DNA of 36,728 nt from Octopus sinensis (lineage: Eukaryota). The position numbers and the translations under genes were made by a program. Below the pieces are notes generated by a model. It was not told where the DNA came from. It worked only from the letters and a program-made list of their open reading frames with translations, and did no database searches. Location of the stretch: contig NW_021833392.1 of assembly GCF_006345805.1 (NCBI RefSeq), positions 1 through 36,728 of the forward strand, given 5' to 3'. Shown here piece by piece: positions 21,786 to 34,770 of this stretch (positions are counted from its first letter, which is position 1; every line of letters starts with the position of its first letter).

Positions 21786-23514
21786 ACACTTAACAGGTTT
21801 TGGTGTCTCCATTTATACATAATTCAAAATACAAAGAATGATAAACCAAAAAATGTATTTTTTTTATCGAAACTAAAGAAAAGTAGCAGTAAGATGGAAA
21901 ATGTGTATTTGTATATACTTCCACTTTATGTTTGAAGAGTTCTCTCCTACTTCTTCTAATTGTAAAAGTCTTTCATTAGATTATCATTACAACACCATTA
22001 ATGTTTCGAAATTATATTTCCGATCATATAAATCACTTCCAATATTATTTAAGCACGTGTTAACTGATTGTTCTTCTGGCGTAGACCATTTACCATTTCT
22101 GTAGTGCCCCACTTCTCACCATGCTCAACCACGAGCTTGTTTTGCTTAATGGTTAATTTAGTGCTGATGTAAGCATACAAAGTCTTTTTAACTCAGTCTC
22201 CATTTATTCCCTGGTTATTCAAAATTCTAATCACACATTTGCGATTTGGTCACGGAGGCATTTCACAACAACTCTGGACCTGAACAGATCGAAAATATGA
22301 CAACACAAAAATTATATGAAAACTAAAATGAACAGTTTTTGTGTATGGTTTTTAAATGGTTATCCTGCAATGGTATTATTCTTTCACATTCACTTATACG
22401 GTCTCAGATCGAGGTAGTAGTGAAACCAGCTCAAGCCTAGGAACAGCCTCGCGCAGGCGCATTTTCTCACGCACACACTACCACGTACTTATATGTAAGT
22501 ACATCTGTAGACATATGTATATGTGTACATAAATAGAATATGTGTGTGTAGTGTGGGTATTATATATATTATATATTATGCAGGATACATGTGGACATAC
22601 ATATACCTACTACATCACATACATACATACAGACGTACACATAATGCATACGTACATACATACATAGATACATACATACATACGTACAACATACATACAT
22701 ACATACATACATACATACATACATACATACATACATACATGCCTACATATTTGTGTCTCAAGCTGCACTCTTCAGTCTTGAGAGATTTCGACTTCCTTAT
22801 AATCTTTAAGTTTAAATTTTCCCTGTAAATCTCTTGTTACTTCCCTTATCTCCTCCATATCTCATTGGCTGTTTTAGCCTAATAGTCTTTTTCCGTCTCC
22901 TTTCATCTGACCTCACTATATTTATGGAGATTTTGGTGGGGGGGGGGGGGGGGCGTGCACAAACAAATAGGATGTAAAGAAATAAAAGACACAGAAAATA
23001 GAAAAATAAAACAGAAAAAAAATGATGTGTCATTCCATTCAATATCTTAATTTCTATTTATTAATCATATATTTATTCGCACTGGAAAGGTTTCTTTCAT
23101 CCTTAGTTATCATCAAATAGTTTACACTTGTAAACAAATGGTGCTTTTCTTTCCACACACAACACACCACACACACACACACACACAACTACACACATAC
23201 AAACTTACACACACAAACCCTCACACATGCACACACACACACACAGACACAAATACACACATAAACATTACACACACAAACACTCACACATACACACATA
23301 CACAAGACATATGCGTCCATAGATAAGTATCGAGGGAGACAGTGAAACATACACACATACTAACATGCTTGTGCACTGACATACATATACAGTATAACTC
23401 GCACACAGAGGGATAGGTAGATAGATACGTATACACAAATATATATCTCTCTCACACACACACATATAAATACATGCGCGCGCGCAAACACACACACACA
23501 TACGAGTATATATA

Positions 23515-23742
23515 TTTCTTTACTACCCACAAGGGGCAAAACATAGAGAGATCAAAGAAGGACAGACAAACGGATTAAGTCGATTACATCGACCCAGTGC
23601 CAAACTGGTACTTTATTTATTGACCCCGAGAGGATGAAAGGCAAAGTCGACCTCGGCGGAATTTGAACTCAGAACGTAACGACAGACGAAATACCGCTAA
23701 GCATTTCGCCCGGCGTGCTAACGTTTCTACCAGCTCACCACC
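23515..23742 (-). mobile_element. SINE family B monomer (tail-less)
   Basis: Near-identical to the reverse complement of 9983-10215. Confidence 0.9.
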
Positions 23743-23954
23743 AACACACACATATATATATGCATGCATATATATTTTACTATACTGGACCCCCATCGGC
23801 ACTCGAAGTTTAAAAATTAGTTACATACATACTTTTTCAAACTTCCTACTTAGTTTCGACACATTAACTTGTGTAGGTTGAACTGTCAAACGTTAGAGAT
23901 AGAAACCGAGCTGTTTCTTACAATAAATACATCAAACTTTAAAAAAATATACTA

Positions 23955-24048
23955 CCGTGGATCCTCAGTTTAATATTTTACTCGCATGGACTCCCAAAAT
24001 CTCATATAAACCCCTAGGGGTCATTGTGACTCTGGGTGAGAACCACTG
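23955..24048. mobile_element. hAT-Charlie-like MITE right end
   Basis: Terminal gggtgagaaccactg (reverse complement CAGTGGTTCTCA) followed by atatagag, resembling the nTCTAGAn target site. The left TIR was not found. Confidence 0.45.
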
Positions 24049-24053
24049 ATATA

Positions 24054-25175
24054 GAGGGTTTGTGATGGATTTGATGACTTATTTGCTAATTTTTAAAAAA
24101 TCAAGGGTCATCCAACAAAAGCCAAATGCATTTTTATAAAAACGTGTTCTGAATAAACTCTATTTATAAGATTATTGTATGAGTCCGCATTCAGCTTCGA
24201 TCGTTGCTTCAATGCGGGACTGGAATCATTGACATGCCTGGACTAAATGGTTCTTGTTCATTTCGGGCATATTACCTGAACATTGGTGGCTTTCACTGAA
24301 GCCGTGGTAATGTGAAGATGTTGATAAGACCCATTTTCAACGACGCTCCAGACGTAATAGCCCACTCTAAGCTTTAGTGTACTTTGCGAGAAAGTTATGA
24401 CTTTCCGTTCCGTACTTCAGCTATCCTAGGATCAATCTAATCTCAAAATTACTACTAAAACTTATGGGAAGATATAAGGTGGAATGACATGTCGTTCGTT
24501 AATTACCACTCCTGAAACTCTCTCAGTTGCAAGAAACTTAGTGTGAATCGCTTTGGAGACACCAGAATGATCAGCACATAACAATCTATCATTTTTCCTG
24601 TTCGATTTTTGGTTTTGAGCGAGGTTTTTCTCAACAGAGAAAACCAAAAGTATGCTATGGACGTAAGGGTTTTGAACTTTGTTAAGTAACCTCTTGGGGT
24701 AGATCAAACAGTATTCCTGTGTATTTGCAATTATGAATTGGCTTCTCCTCAGTGCATAAGACGTGAATCGAACGTCTTTTTGCACACACAGTTCAGACTG
24801 AGCACTCAGACACCCGAAGCTCTTTGGTAGTGGCTTCTATTTATACTGTGAGATCACCATCGATAATATTTTCAATCCGTTGAATGAATTGTAGTGTCAT
24901 TATAGTGTCCGAACTTCTAGAATGTTTTGTGTTTCTGATACAGTACAAACATATCCGCCAGAAACTTCCGATTCCAGCGGAATTTTATGTACAAAACATC
25001 TTGGAACAGATAGAAAGTTGGCGAGTTTTAAATATCTGTGTTTTAGACATATGGTAACAAAAACTGCGTGTCTTTTCGTTCCTTGTTTTAGAATTTTATC
25101 TTCATTGGTATAACTATAATAAATGATTGGCTGTAATATAGTAATAACTACGTTCCTAGTACAAATCGCACCCTG
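24054..25175 (-). mobile_element. Near full-length degenerate maT/DD37D-like Tc1/mariner element
   Basis: Segments in order: EDKILKQGTKRHAVFVTICLKH..LANFLSVPRCFVHKI; DVRFTSYALRRSQF..KRLLNKVQNP..FSVEKNLAQNQKSNRKNDRLLCAD..HTKFLAT..GVVINERHVIPPYIFP; YYVWSVVE..MNKNHLVQAC..FQSRIEATIEAECGLIQ*. A cagggtg terminus lies at 25175. The central catalytic part is deleted. Confidence 0.85.
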
Positions 25176-25195
25176 CATACCTAAATAATTACATG

Positions 25196-25227
<32 letters not shown>

Positions 25228-25230
<3 letters not shown>

Positions 25231-25512
25231 TTCAGCAAAATTTAGATTCAAATGAATATGGTACTTAAGTTAGATGCACCAGAATTTTGTATGGGGTTAT
25301 CCATATAAATCCATGGGATGATTATAATTAAAAATAAGCAACAAGAATAAATTCGGTAATTATGAAAATTATCTATTAATGGAAAACCTCTATAAATGGC
25401 TGATGATTGCTCAACATTTTAAAATTGTTGTAATACTTACAATATTTAATAAAATGATGTAGCGTGAAACGATCGTACCAAATTACCGAAGTTATTCTTG
25501 TTGCTTATTTTT
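25228..25512 (-). mobile_element. Fold-back pLTR-like element: tail, 32 bp arm (25330-25361), then an inverted pLTR with a hammerhead
   Basis: aaaaataagcaacaagaataaattcggtaatt pairs with aattaccgaagttattcttgttgcttattttt. Same family as 21491. (TA)n flanks. Confidence 0.8.
25395..25484 (+). ncRNA. Type I hammerhead ribozyme
   Basis: Reads aatgg|CTGATGA(25400-25406)|ttgctcaacatttta..taaaatgatgtagcgt|GAAA(25466-25469)|c-gatc-g|TA|ccaaatt. Predicted cut is after 25477. Confidence 0.78.
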
Positions 25513-25951
25513 GTGTGTATATATATATATATAGCGCGACACTTTTAATCATATATATGCCCAGAGATACAAGTATACATACATACAAATATATGTGTAT
25601 GTTTTGATGTATGTTTTCGTATATTCATAAATACTCAATACATATGTTCATACACAAATGCGCAACATATATGTATTGAAGAATATCTAAGCTATGCATA
25701 GCACGGTGTATATGAAAATAGAAAATTTTCGTATTAAAAAAAAGGCCTTACTTTCTTTGAAATAAGAATGCAATGAACTGCAAAAATGTGTTATATCCTT
25801 ATTTTACCTACTGTAAAATTTGGTAGCATTCACACCCAGAGGCACGCACACATATTCACTAACATATATGGATACATATACATGCCCCCTTCAATATATG
25901 TATATATGTGTAAGTGTGTGTGTAGGTGTATATATATTCTATATACAATAG

Positions 25952-26025
<74 letters not shown>

Positions 26026-26065
26026 TACAATATTATTTATATATAATATATATATATATACAATA

Positions 26066-26113
<48 letters not shown>

Positions 26114-27160
26114 ATACTGTATTATATATTCATTTCATGCAGTATTTTTTATTGTATTTCTGACATTTTACTACTTAAAAATTTTAAGGTACATACATGT
26201 CGACAGACAGACAGACATAGATACTTGCATATACACACACCCAAATAAGTATACGTATGTACAATTTAAACATCCTCAACTGCGACACTTATATCATACG
26301 TTTATACATCAACTTTAATATTGGATTTTCCTCAAGAGAAATATAGATTATTTATTTTTATTTCGAAATGTATTTCTTTATTACTTTGCATCATTTCTTT
26401 ATGCATGATATCACCGTGGCTTCAACCATTTGAACAGATTCATTTAACGTATTTGGTGTATATATGTATATGTATATATAAATTCATGAAAACACAAGCG
26501 CACATTCACATACTTCCATGTATATATACGTCCATATATATATATATATATAATATGTGTGTGTGTGTGTGTCTGTGTGTGTACGTATGTTTACACATAC
26601 ATCTATAAGTATATATGTATGTGGCTATCTACAAGTGTGTGACTATGTATATTCATAAGAATACTCTTACAACTCTTCACACACACGAACACAAAAACAG
26701 ACGCACACATACACACACATGAATATAAATATATATATATATGTATGTATGTATATATATATATGCATATAAATTTATAAATATATGCATGTACAGTCAT
26801 CTACAATATACATATATGCATACATGTATACATACATCTATATCTGTATGCATATTCACACACACACACACACACACACAATATATATATGCGTATATAT
26901 GTATATATTTATATAAATATGCATAATGTTATGCGTAGGTGTGTGTATATGTATGTGTGTGTTTATATGTGTATACGTGTGCGTAAAATATTTATATTTA
27001 AATAAATGCAAAGGCAAATAAGCGTCCATATCATTTTTCGCATAATAGACTTCAGAAAGTTTAACGTCGTTTACTTTGCGGTATTATCCATGCATGCATA
27101 ATACATACACATGCACATACACACACATGTATTAATACACTTGTGCCCACACTTGTATAT

Positions 27161-27205
<45 letters not shown>

Positions 27206-27438
27206 CTCACACACACACGCACACATATACACACATAGAATTGCTTATATTGATAGGTATATATATTTCATACGTCCATTTGTATGTATAAATTGGGATA
27301 AAATTCCAAGGAGAACATATTTAGACAAGAGACAGATGCATACCTGCAGACATATACACACATATATACACACATATATACATAGACAGATGGGTAGACA
27401 CATAAATAAACAGCTATATTGATAGAGAGAGAGAGAGA

Positions 27439-27485
<47 letters not shown>

Positions 27486-27867
27486 TGAGAGAAAAATGTG
27501 ATAGACAAAGACCGACAGTGAGAAAGAAATGGGGTATAAGTTTTACTCAAAATGTTGGACTTCGAGACGGGAAAATGAAGGATTTTAACTGACAGAAACC
27601 TGAGTGAAATCAATGATTTGAACGTTTTCGACGTTTCTTCATATATTGTGTCAGAAAGAATTCCAATCCAAGTACGGTACTTCAAATCACTAGGATTCTT
27701 TTTTTTAATATACCATGAAATTGGGTAATACTTGCCTCAACATACGGAATTATAGAAGATTCTCTGTAAGATCCCAGTTTTCAATGTGAAATATGGGCTG
27801 GAATAATTGTGTGTGTGTGTGTGTGTTTATGTGTGTGTATACATACATATATATATATATATATATA

Positions 27868-27901
<34 letters not shown>

Positions 27902-28699
27902 ATATATATAATGTAAATATATAAAACACAAAGGAATAAGGATCTGTAATCCGGTGAGCACTCTGATACAACCCAGATCTGGTTAACCGCATCGAATGAT
28001 AAGGAACATTCAAGATCCTTTAAGATAAACAACTAAACTCTACTTCACTTGATAGGTAAAACCTGAGTTCGCCTCATTGTGTAACATACTCAGTATATAA
28101 TCATAATGAAGAATGGAGAATCGTACATCTTCAAATTTTATTTATTGAGGTATTCTTTTCCTATTTGTTTCCGATACGTGTTTCTGTTGTTGTTTCATAT
28201 TCCATTCCGATACGTGTTTCTAGAGTCCTTTCATTTGCCAATTATGTGCATTTAGTTGAGCTGATTTACATCAAATCAACTGCAATATACATTCAACTAA
28301 AGGCTGACAATCTGATGCAGCTTTATTCTAGATGTTACCCATACTGGTGGGTCAAGTGAACTGAAGATTCATGTATTAGATATGCGTTCTTAGAGTATAT
28401 TCTTAGTGAGGGAACATAAAATATCAGGGTAAAGAACAGTAGAGATAGTGGTGAAATATATGTTCTGGTATCACTTAAACTTAGAATGATCTTCATAACT
28501 GGGTATATCACAGGGTACATGTAGAAAATATAACAAAACAAAAGATGAATGATTATTTATAAGATATATAGTTACATTATCTTAAGTACAATTTGCCCCC
28601 ACGTCTAGAATCGCTACTTCCGTCAGCAATTCAACAATCAAGTAATGTTACCTATAAAGATTATATATCTCTGTAGGTTTGACTTGTTATTTTGAGTGT

Positions 28700-29060
28700 G
28701 CGATTTACATTTTATAACTAATGAAGGTGCAGCTAAATATTTTATTTCCACCTTAATAGGATCACATCTTGCTTAACACTCATTACTTTGTCATATCTTC
28801 TCCAGCTCAGCAGGTTTCCTTCTCTTACTCTCATTTGCCCCCCCAAATGCGGTCCCCACGGAGATCGGATTCTTCTAACAGAACCACCTGCCTGGATGCT
28901 TCTGATACTCAGTAGTGCATCTGATTACTGAGGTGACAGTTTCTGGGAACTTCAGCTGCTTTTCCTACTGAAGCTACAATCCACCATTTTCCCCATTGGC
29001 TGTCAATATTGTTATGGCTTTAGTTGTCATCGTACCTAATGTTGGCCATTATTGTTAAGG
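28700..29060 (-). mobile_element. Possible decayed RTE-like LINE RT remnant
   Basis: NIRY-DD (aacattaggtacgatgac), then SVIRCTTE, loosely matching NIRYADD..S..RC..EI..RI. Weak match. Confidence 0.3.
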
Positions 29061-30370
29061 ATTATCTTTAATCCGGGCAGTTAATACTATTAGTGTGCTA
29101 CTGTTTATCCCACATCACAAGTTAAGACTATTGAAAAGGTTGCAAGGCGCCACGAAAATTTTAGGAAAATAAAAATAAGAAATAAATGGAAATTTTACCG
29201 GTGAGGGTATTAAATTATAAGGTACAAAAAGAAAATAACTCTCCCCCGACACAAGTCTAATTAGTTAATCATAAACGTTCCAGCCGTATCCATCCTATTT
29301 TTCTTCCCAGTCAACTTCTATATTCCTAATATTTGTTCGCTGTATTTCCTCATACTCCGAAAATTTTTCATGATGTCTTCTTATTCATTGTCCATCCCGT
29401 TTGCTTCTGGATCTATAAAAATTTCTTGTGCACTGACAAAACGACTAAAACGTAACCCAGAATCAGAACACTCACTCGTATAAACTATTCCTTTATTCAT
29501 TCGTTAATTTCACTTAGTGGATTGCCGCCATGCAAGGGTATTGCATTTTGGGATGGAGTTCATTATATTGTATTGTATCGACATTGGATGGATAAAAAAT
29601 ATAGAGAGGGATATGAACCAGGTTCAAAACACAACGTAAAGTGGGGTCGCCAAATACCATAAAGTATTTCGTTCGACTTGCTACCGATTGTACTCTTCCT
29701 TTGAAAAAAATCTTTTATAAAATATGTTCCAATGAATCTGACATTTAGATTTCCCGTTCAAAATTCATTGCAATAGATGCTTCCCCACAAAAGATGTCTC
29801 GTATACAGAAACCCCTGTGCTTAATATAATTAGATTGGCAGTCCTGAAATCGTTTACATTTGAATTTATCTCTGTTAATATTATTGCTGCAATGGACACT
29901 GTCCTGGCTGAGTTGTTAAGAAATTTATTTGGGAAAAATGAGCTCCTATGCCCGATATTTGCAGTTGACTTTGTCTCGGGCAAATATCTTTTATTCTATT
30001 CTCTGCTCGACCTAAGCCTTATAAATCATATAGGATAGATGTAAACTGTGAAGAAGGAACATGCTAGAAAGATTGCATTTTTAATTCAAAAGTACAAACT
30101 TATCGTATATTTTGTTTCATGCTGATTCAACCTGAGAATTATGTTTAGGGTACACGTTTCGACTGAGGTAAACTCAGCCGCTTACACATCATTTAAGCGA
30201 ATCTGTAGTCTTATATGACGATGAAGTGAATGTTCTTCGACTAAACCGTCGGAAGATAAAATCATTTTCGCCACTGCCATCGCAACTCAAGCCTCCTCTC
30301 TTCCTCCACACCATCTTTATCATAATCACACTAGAATCAGCAACAGCTCTATCAACAACAATAGTATCAT

Positions 30371-30603
30371 TACCTGTTTCTTTATTACCTACAAGGTGCA
30401 AAACACAGAGGGGACAGACAAGGACAGACATAGGTATTAAGTCGATTACATCGACCCCAGTGCGTAATTGGTATTTAATATATCGACCCCGAAAGAAGGA
30501 AAGGGAAAGTCGACCTCGGCGGAATTTGAACTCACAACGTAACGACAGACGAAATACCGCTAAGCATTTCGCCCGGCGTACCAATGTTTCTGCCAGCTTA
30601 CCA
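30371..30603 (-). mobile_element. SINE family B monomer (tail-less)
   Basis: Near-identical to 23515-23742. Confidence 0.9.
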
Positions 30604-30841
30604 TTTCTATACTGTGATCATTCTCTCCAAACAATCTGTACAAAGTTGAAAAAGAAATATATATATATACATACGTGTCTGTATGTGTGTATGTATGCCT
30701 CAGTGTATGTATGTATGTATGTATGCGTGTGTGTGTGTAATTTCTGCAAGGATATCATTGATGACTTACAGAAACAACAAAAATAATTTCTCTCTTCATG
30801 ACTTGACCTAATCAAGACAGTTATCGAAAAAGAAAGGCGCA

Positions 30842-30845
30842 ATAT

Positions 30846-30922
<77 letters not shown>

Positions 30923-30935
30923 ATATATACATACA

Positions 30936-31027
<92 letters not shown>
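30842..31027. repeat. (TA)n/(TACA)n microsatellite
   Basis: Read directly from the sequence. Confidence 0.95.
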
Positions 31028-31031
<4 letters not shown>

Positions 31032-31378
31032 AAAGAACAGATTTGCAAGCGAGGCAAAAAGTCGATATTTGTTATCGCATTATAATAGCTTTAGGGCATC
31101 TTCATCCTTCAGATATATCGTAGTTATCTCTCGTCTCCTTCTGCACAAGAAGATTTTTCAGACACGTCACATGATTAACACTCACGATCCCTACAATTCT
31201 TAATCCCTTATCTGAGATGTTCTTTTTTAAGCGATTTTAGCCGTTATATTATGAACAACTGCAATACATTTTGTGTTTCTGTTTTCAACTCACACTTACA
31301 CCCATACAAACACAAATTGAAACTAAATTTCTTATCTGTGTTTCCTATAAAAGCGATCTTCAGACAAAAATGTGCGCC

Positions 31379-31419
<41 letters not shown>

Positions 31420-31519
31420 TATATATATATAATACACACAGAGGCGTGCCCAAACACACGCGTACACACATGAACACACGCACGCACGCACGCACACACA
31501 CTCATATATATATTTAAAT

Positions 31520-31690
31520 GAATGGCGCAAAGCCTGGTGCATAGAGTTTTGGGCTAACGATCAGGAAGTTCGTGGGTTCGTTTCCCCGGATCCGATGATG
31601 CGTTTTGTCTTCGAGTAAGGCTTTGCATTTTACCCTGCTCCGATTTATTCATCTGAAAATTAAGGGCCAATCTTGTGAAGATCGAGCCCT
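31520..31690 (+). mobile_element. Degenerate tRNA-derived SINE (family C-like)
   Basis: B box ggttcgtttcccc, and gcgttttgtcttcgagtaaggctttgcattttaccctgctcc resembles 3450-3495. Confidence 0.5.
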
Positions 31691-31820
31691 CTCTTCCAAT
31701 TCCCTGCCAACTGTTTCATCGATCTTCTGCTGAGTCAAGGATAGTTGTTCGATACTAGGCAGGCATCTGAAATAACTATCCACACCATCATACTCACTGA
31801 TGGCTAAGCTTTTTAATATA

Positions 31821-32419
31821 CAGGGGAATTGAAAAGTAACTCCTTATTTTAAAGTCTTATAAATTATTTATTAATTCTAATTTTTACAAAAAAAAAAATG
31901 GATATACAGCGAAGCATTTAGTATGGGGTTTTATTCAAAATTCGATATGGGCTCCAGATGTCGTCACTAGATTCTTGAGTCGTCTAGGAATTGCATCAAC
32001 TGATTTCATCAGAAACTCTTGTGGGATGGAAGAAGACAATTTCTCGTATTCGCTCTTCAAGTTCTTCCAAAGTCTTTGGTTTATTACAGTAGACTTGCTC
32101 CTTTAACCAACCTGAAAGAAAGAAGTCATAAGGTGTTAAGTCAGGACTTCTGGCTGGCCAGTCATGTGGACCACGGCGACGCATCCAGCTCCTTGGGAAG
32201 TGGGCACTCAGCCATTTACGAATGACAAGAACAATACGATAACAGATTAAATTTCCATACTTCAAAAGGCAAACAAAATTTTGAGAAAAAATTACAATTA
32301 ATTGGGACTGTTACATTAAGTTAGCAAAAGACCCCATCAAGAGTATCATGCGGTTACTGTATAACTCTGAAATAATTTATAATTATTTTAAAAAAGGGAG
32401 TTACTTTTCAATCACGCTG
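31821..32419 (-). mobile_element. Internally deleted rosa/DD41D-like Tc1/mariner element with both TIRs and TA TSD
   Basis: TA|cagggg.attgaaaagtaactcc at the left and ggagttacttttcaatcacgctg|TA at the right. Internal peptide IRKWLSAHFPRSWMRRRGPHDWPARSPDLTPYDFFLSGWLKEQVYCNKPKTLEELEERI. Confidence 0.9.
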
Positions 32420-32427
32420 TATATATG

Positions 32428-32460
<33 letters not shown>

Positions 32461-32504
32461 CTGCATGTACGTAAATGTAAAATCAGATATGTAAATATAT
32501 ATAT

Positions 32505-32842
32505 TTTCTATTGTTTTCTGTTATACTTGTTACATTTATTAGACTGCGGCCATGCTGGGGCACCACCTTGAAGATCTTTTAGTCGAATGAATCGACCCCA
32601 GGATTCCCTTTTATTTTTAAGCCTGGTACTTATTCTATCACACGCAGACACACAAACACCAGTTGATAAACAGTTGTGGTGGGGGCAAACACAATTCGAA
32701 GACACACACGCTGCGGAAACTGTAAGAAGCCAGTCGTGTATACACATACATATATATGACAGGCTTCTTACAATTTCCGTCTATAAAATCCACTCACAAA
32801 ATTATAGTAGAAAACCTTAACACAAGGTGCCACCACGCAGTG
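32505..32842 (-). mobile_element. SINE family A copy with an internal inverted duplication
   Basis: agactgcggccatgctggggcaccacctt..ggtacttattctatc..tttccgtctataaaatccactcaca..caaggtgccac. Confidence 0.85.
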
Positions 32843-33357
32843 AATAGGTATACTAAATATGTATCTAATATTTTGAAACATGCACATAGATATTTACATA
32901 TATACATATCCCGTAAAAGGAAAAATGACAAATGAAATAACAGCTGGGCAATGTCTATTTTTCTATCAATATACCCTTCCGTATCCGACTCCATTTCTCT
33001 ACAAAGGTGATGACCGTCACCCTAGAAACCTCTAGAGACGTCCATATTTTGACTTTGTCGTCAATCAGACTCTTTTTATATCAAAATCTATAATCAATGT
33101 TACTTAGCATCGCCATCGAAATATAGCATTTCAAATTTAGTTTTGACACGGAAACCATTTGTTAAGGGATTAAACATAGGCGAGAGCCCTCCTTCTTTTA
33201 TAGTGTACGTACATACGTGGATGTAAAGAGTCATTATGAATATTGTAATTGATGCATGTATTTAGGTATATATGTATGCATCCATGCATGTGTGTCTGTG
33301 TGCGCGCACATACACATACATGTTAATGTTCATGTTAACGTTCATACATACATATAT

Positions 33358-33540
33358 ACGTTTGGTGGGGCGAAAATTTTCTGGCTTTCGGTAAAAGAAA
33401 ATACAGGAGGGTCAGTAAATCCTGATTTTATTCAACATAATCGCCTCCCAGATTCCCACGGGAATATATGCAGCTGTCCCTTTAGTTTTTCGAAGCACTG
33501 TAAAAGAATACTGAGGTTGGATCTCGAAACAACCCTTTCG
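33358..33540 (-). mobile_element. mariner 3' end remnant
   Basis: Minus strand FEIQPQ..NLGGDYVE* (compare WF..QP..FF..GL.KL..KCV.L.GEYVE*), followed by a TIR-like end adjoining TA. Confidence 0.55.
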
Positions 33541-33634
33541 CGCTATATATATACATAAAGATATATATATATATATATACGTATGTCTGTACTATATTTA
33601 TTTATACATGTATTCAAGTGTGTGTAAAACTGAG

Positions 33635-33672
<38 letters not shown>

Positions 33673-33677
<5 letters not shown>

Positions 33678-34155
33678 TAGATAAAACTTAGATATGTTTC
33701 GACCAAAGATTGGTACAGGCCATGTCTAACTTAATAGCACCACCTGATACGATTATCTAAATCCTGTTTAAGTCAAGTTTTGTTTATGGTCCATTCAAGT
33801 AGTGAGTTTTGGTTGGGTGAGTTGTATCCAACTATGGGTGGCTTATGTGGTATTCCTTGAGGGGATCTATCCAGACTTCGTTTAAAGTTGATGGGATCCT
33901 TTTCCTTTTTGATCTCTTTCGGGACAATGTTAAATAGGGCAGGGTCTGTTGAGGAAAAGGAAATTACGTTGCAGTGTACATGTATGCTGTGATCTTGAAT
34001 TGGGCAGGGGACGTATGGCCCGTGGTCCCAATATTGGATAAACCTTGAAGCTAATGTTCAGGTCGTTTGGGCAAAGTTGGCGGTATATTCTCCACATCGT
34101 ACAAATGATGTACCGCTCACGGCGACGCTGGAGAGAGTAGAGTTTCAAGGCTTTA
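33673..34155 (-). mobile_element. CR1/L2-group LINE 3' fragment (ORF2 C-terminus plus 3' UTR)
   Basis: KALKLYSLQRRRERYIICTMWRIYRQLCPND.., frameshift, then STDPALFNIVPKEIKKEKDPINFKRSLDR..GIPHKPPIVGYNSPNQNSLLEW. The 3' end has an accaa/ttggt hairpin and a short repeat tail. Confidence 0.85.
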
Positions 34156-34196
34156 TATATATAGGAAAAATTTATATATATATGCAATTTTCATGT

Positions 34197-34227
<31 letters not shown>

Positions 34228-34425
34228 GCCTGAAAATGTATGAATCTAGGTAGGGATATATGCAGATAGCTAGAATGACACATAATGACACAGGTATTCA
34301 TTCTCTCAACGGATATGTATAGAATCTGTGCACATATTTTGCAATATATGGCATATTGTGCGATTAAAGGTTATAGATGTATACGCATTGGTACATAGAT
34401 TCGAATATATGATGATAATAATATA

Positions 34426-34478
<53 letters not shown>

Positions 34479-34524
34479 CTGGCGAATTTCATGAAGTATG
34501 AAGATTTTAAAGGATGCAATGTAC

Positions 34525-34562
<38 letters not shown>

Positions 34563-34569
<7 letters not shown>

Positions 34570-34770
34570 ATTGGTGAATTGAAGAAATGGAGCTGAACGC
34601 AGATTGAACAGAAATCGTTATTTATTCATTCTACACACGTGTTTCGAAAGGCACAATTACCAAATCCATTGAATAATGGGACCATATTGTGTCTTTCCTC
34701 TCTCAGAAGAAAAAAGGAAATCCGTTTGGAAACACAAAACAGAACAGAGGCAGAGCAAAAACAAATTAAC
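34563..34770 (-). mobile_element. Probable inverted 5' pLTR of the adjacent Penelope-like element, with a degenerate hammerhead (34629-34711)
   Basis: Minus strand reads ttctt|CTGAGAGA|g-gaaagacacaat..attgtgcctttc|GAAA|c-acgt-g|TG|tagaa. It abuts the truncation point of the plus-strand RT. Confidence 0.6.

Noticed and set aside
21790-22430. Possible pogo-like transposase N-terminus (VVEHGEKWG) on the minus strand
   Set aside because: Too degenerate, and no TIR pair was identified.
27162-27492. Inverted (CT)n and (GA)n tracts
   Set aside because: Expected by chance at this microsatellite density.
30140-30195. Hairpin plus GAAAC-GT-GTA on the minus strand
   Set aside because: No CUGANGA and no stem I upstream.
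30226-30786. 186 aa ORF and its paralog-like ORFs (9585, 9981, 11736, 23663)
   Set aside because: The shared peptide is the antisense translation of SINE family B, not a gene family.
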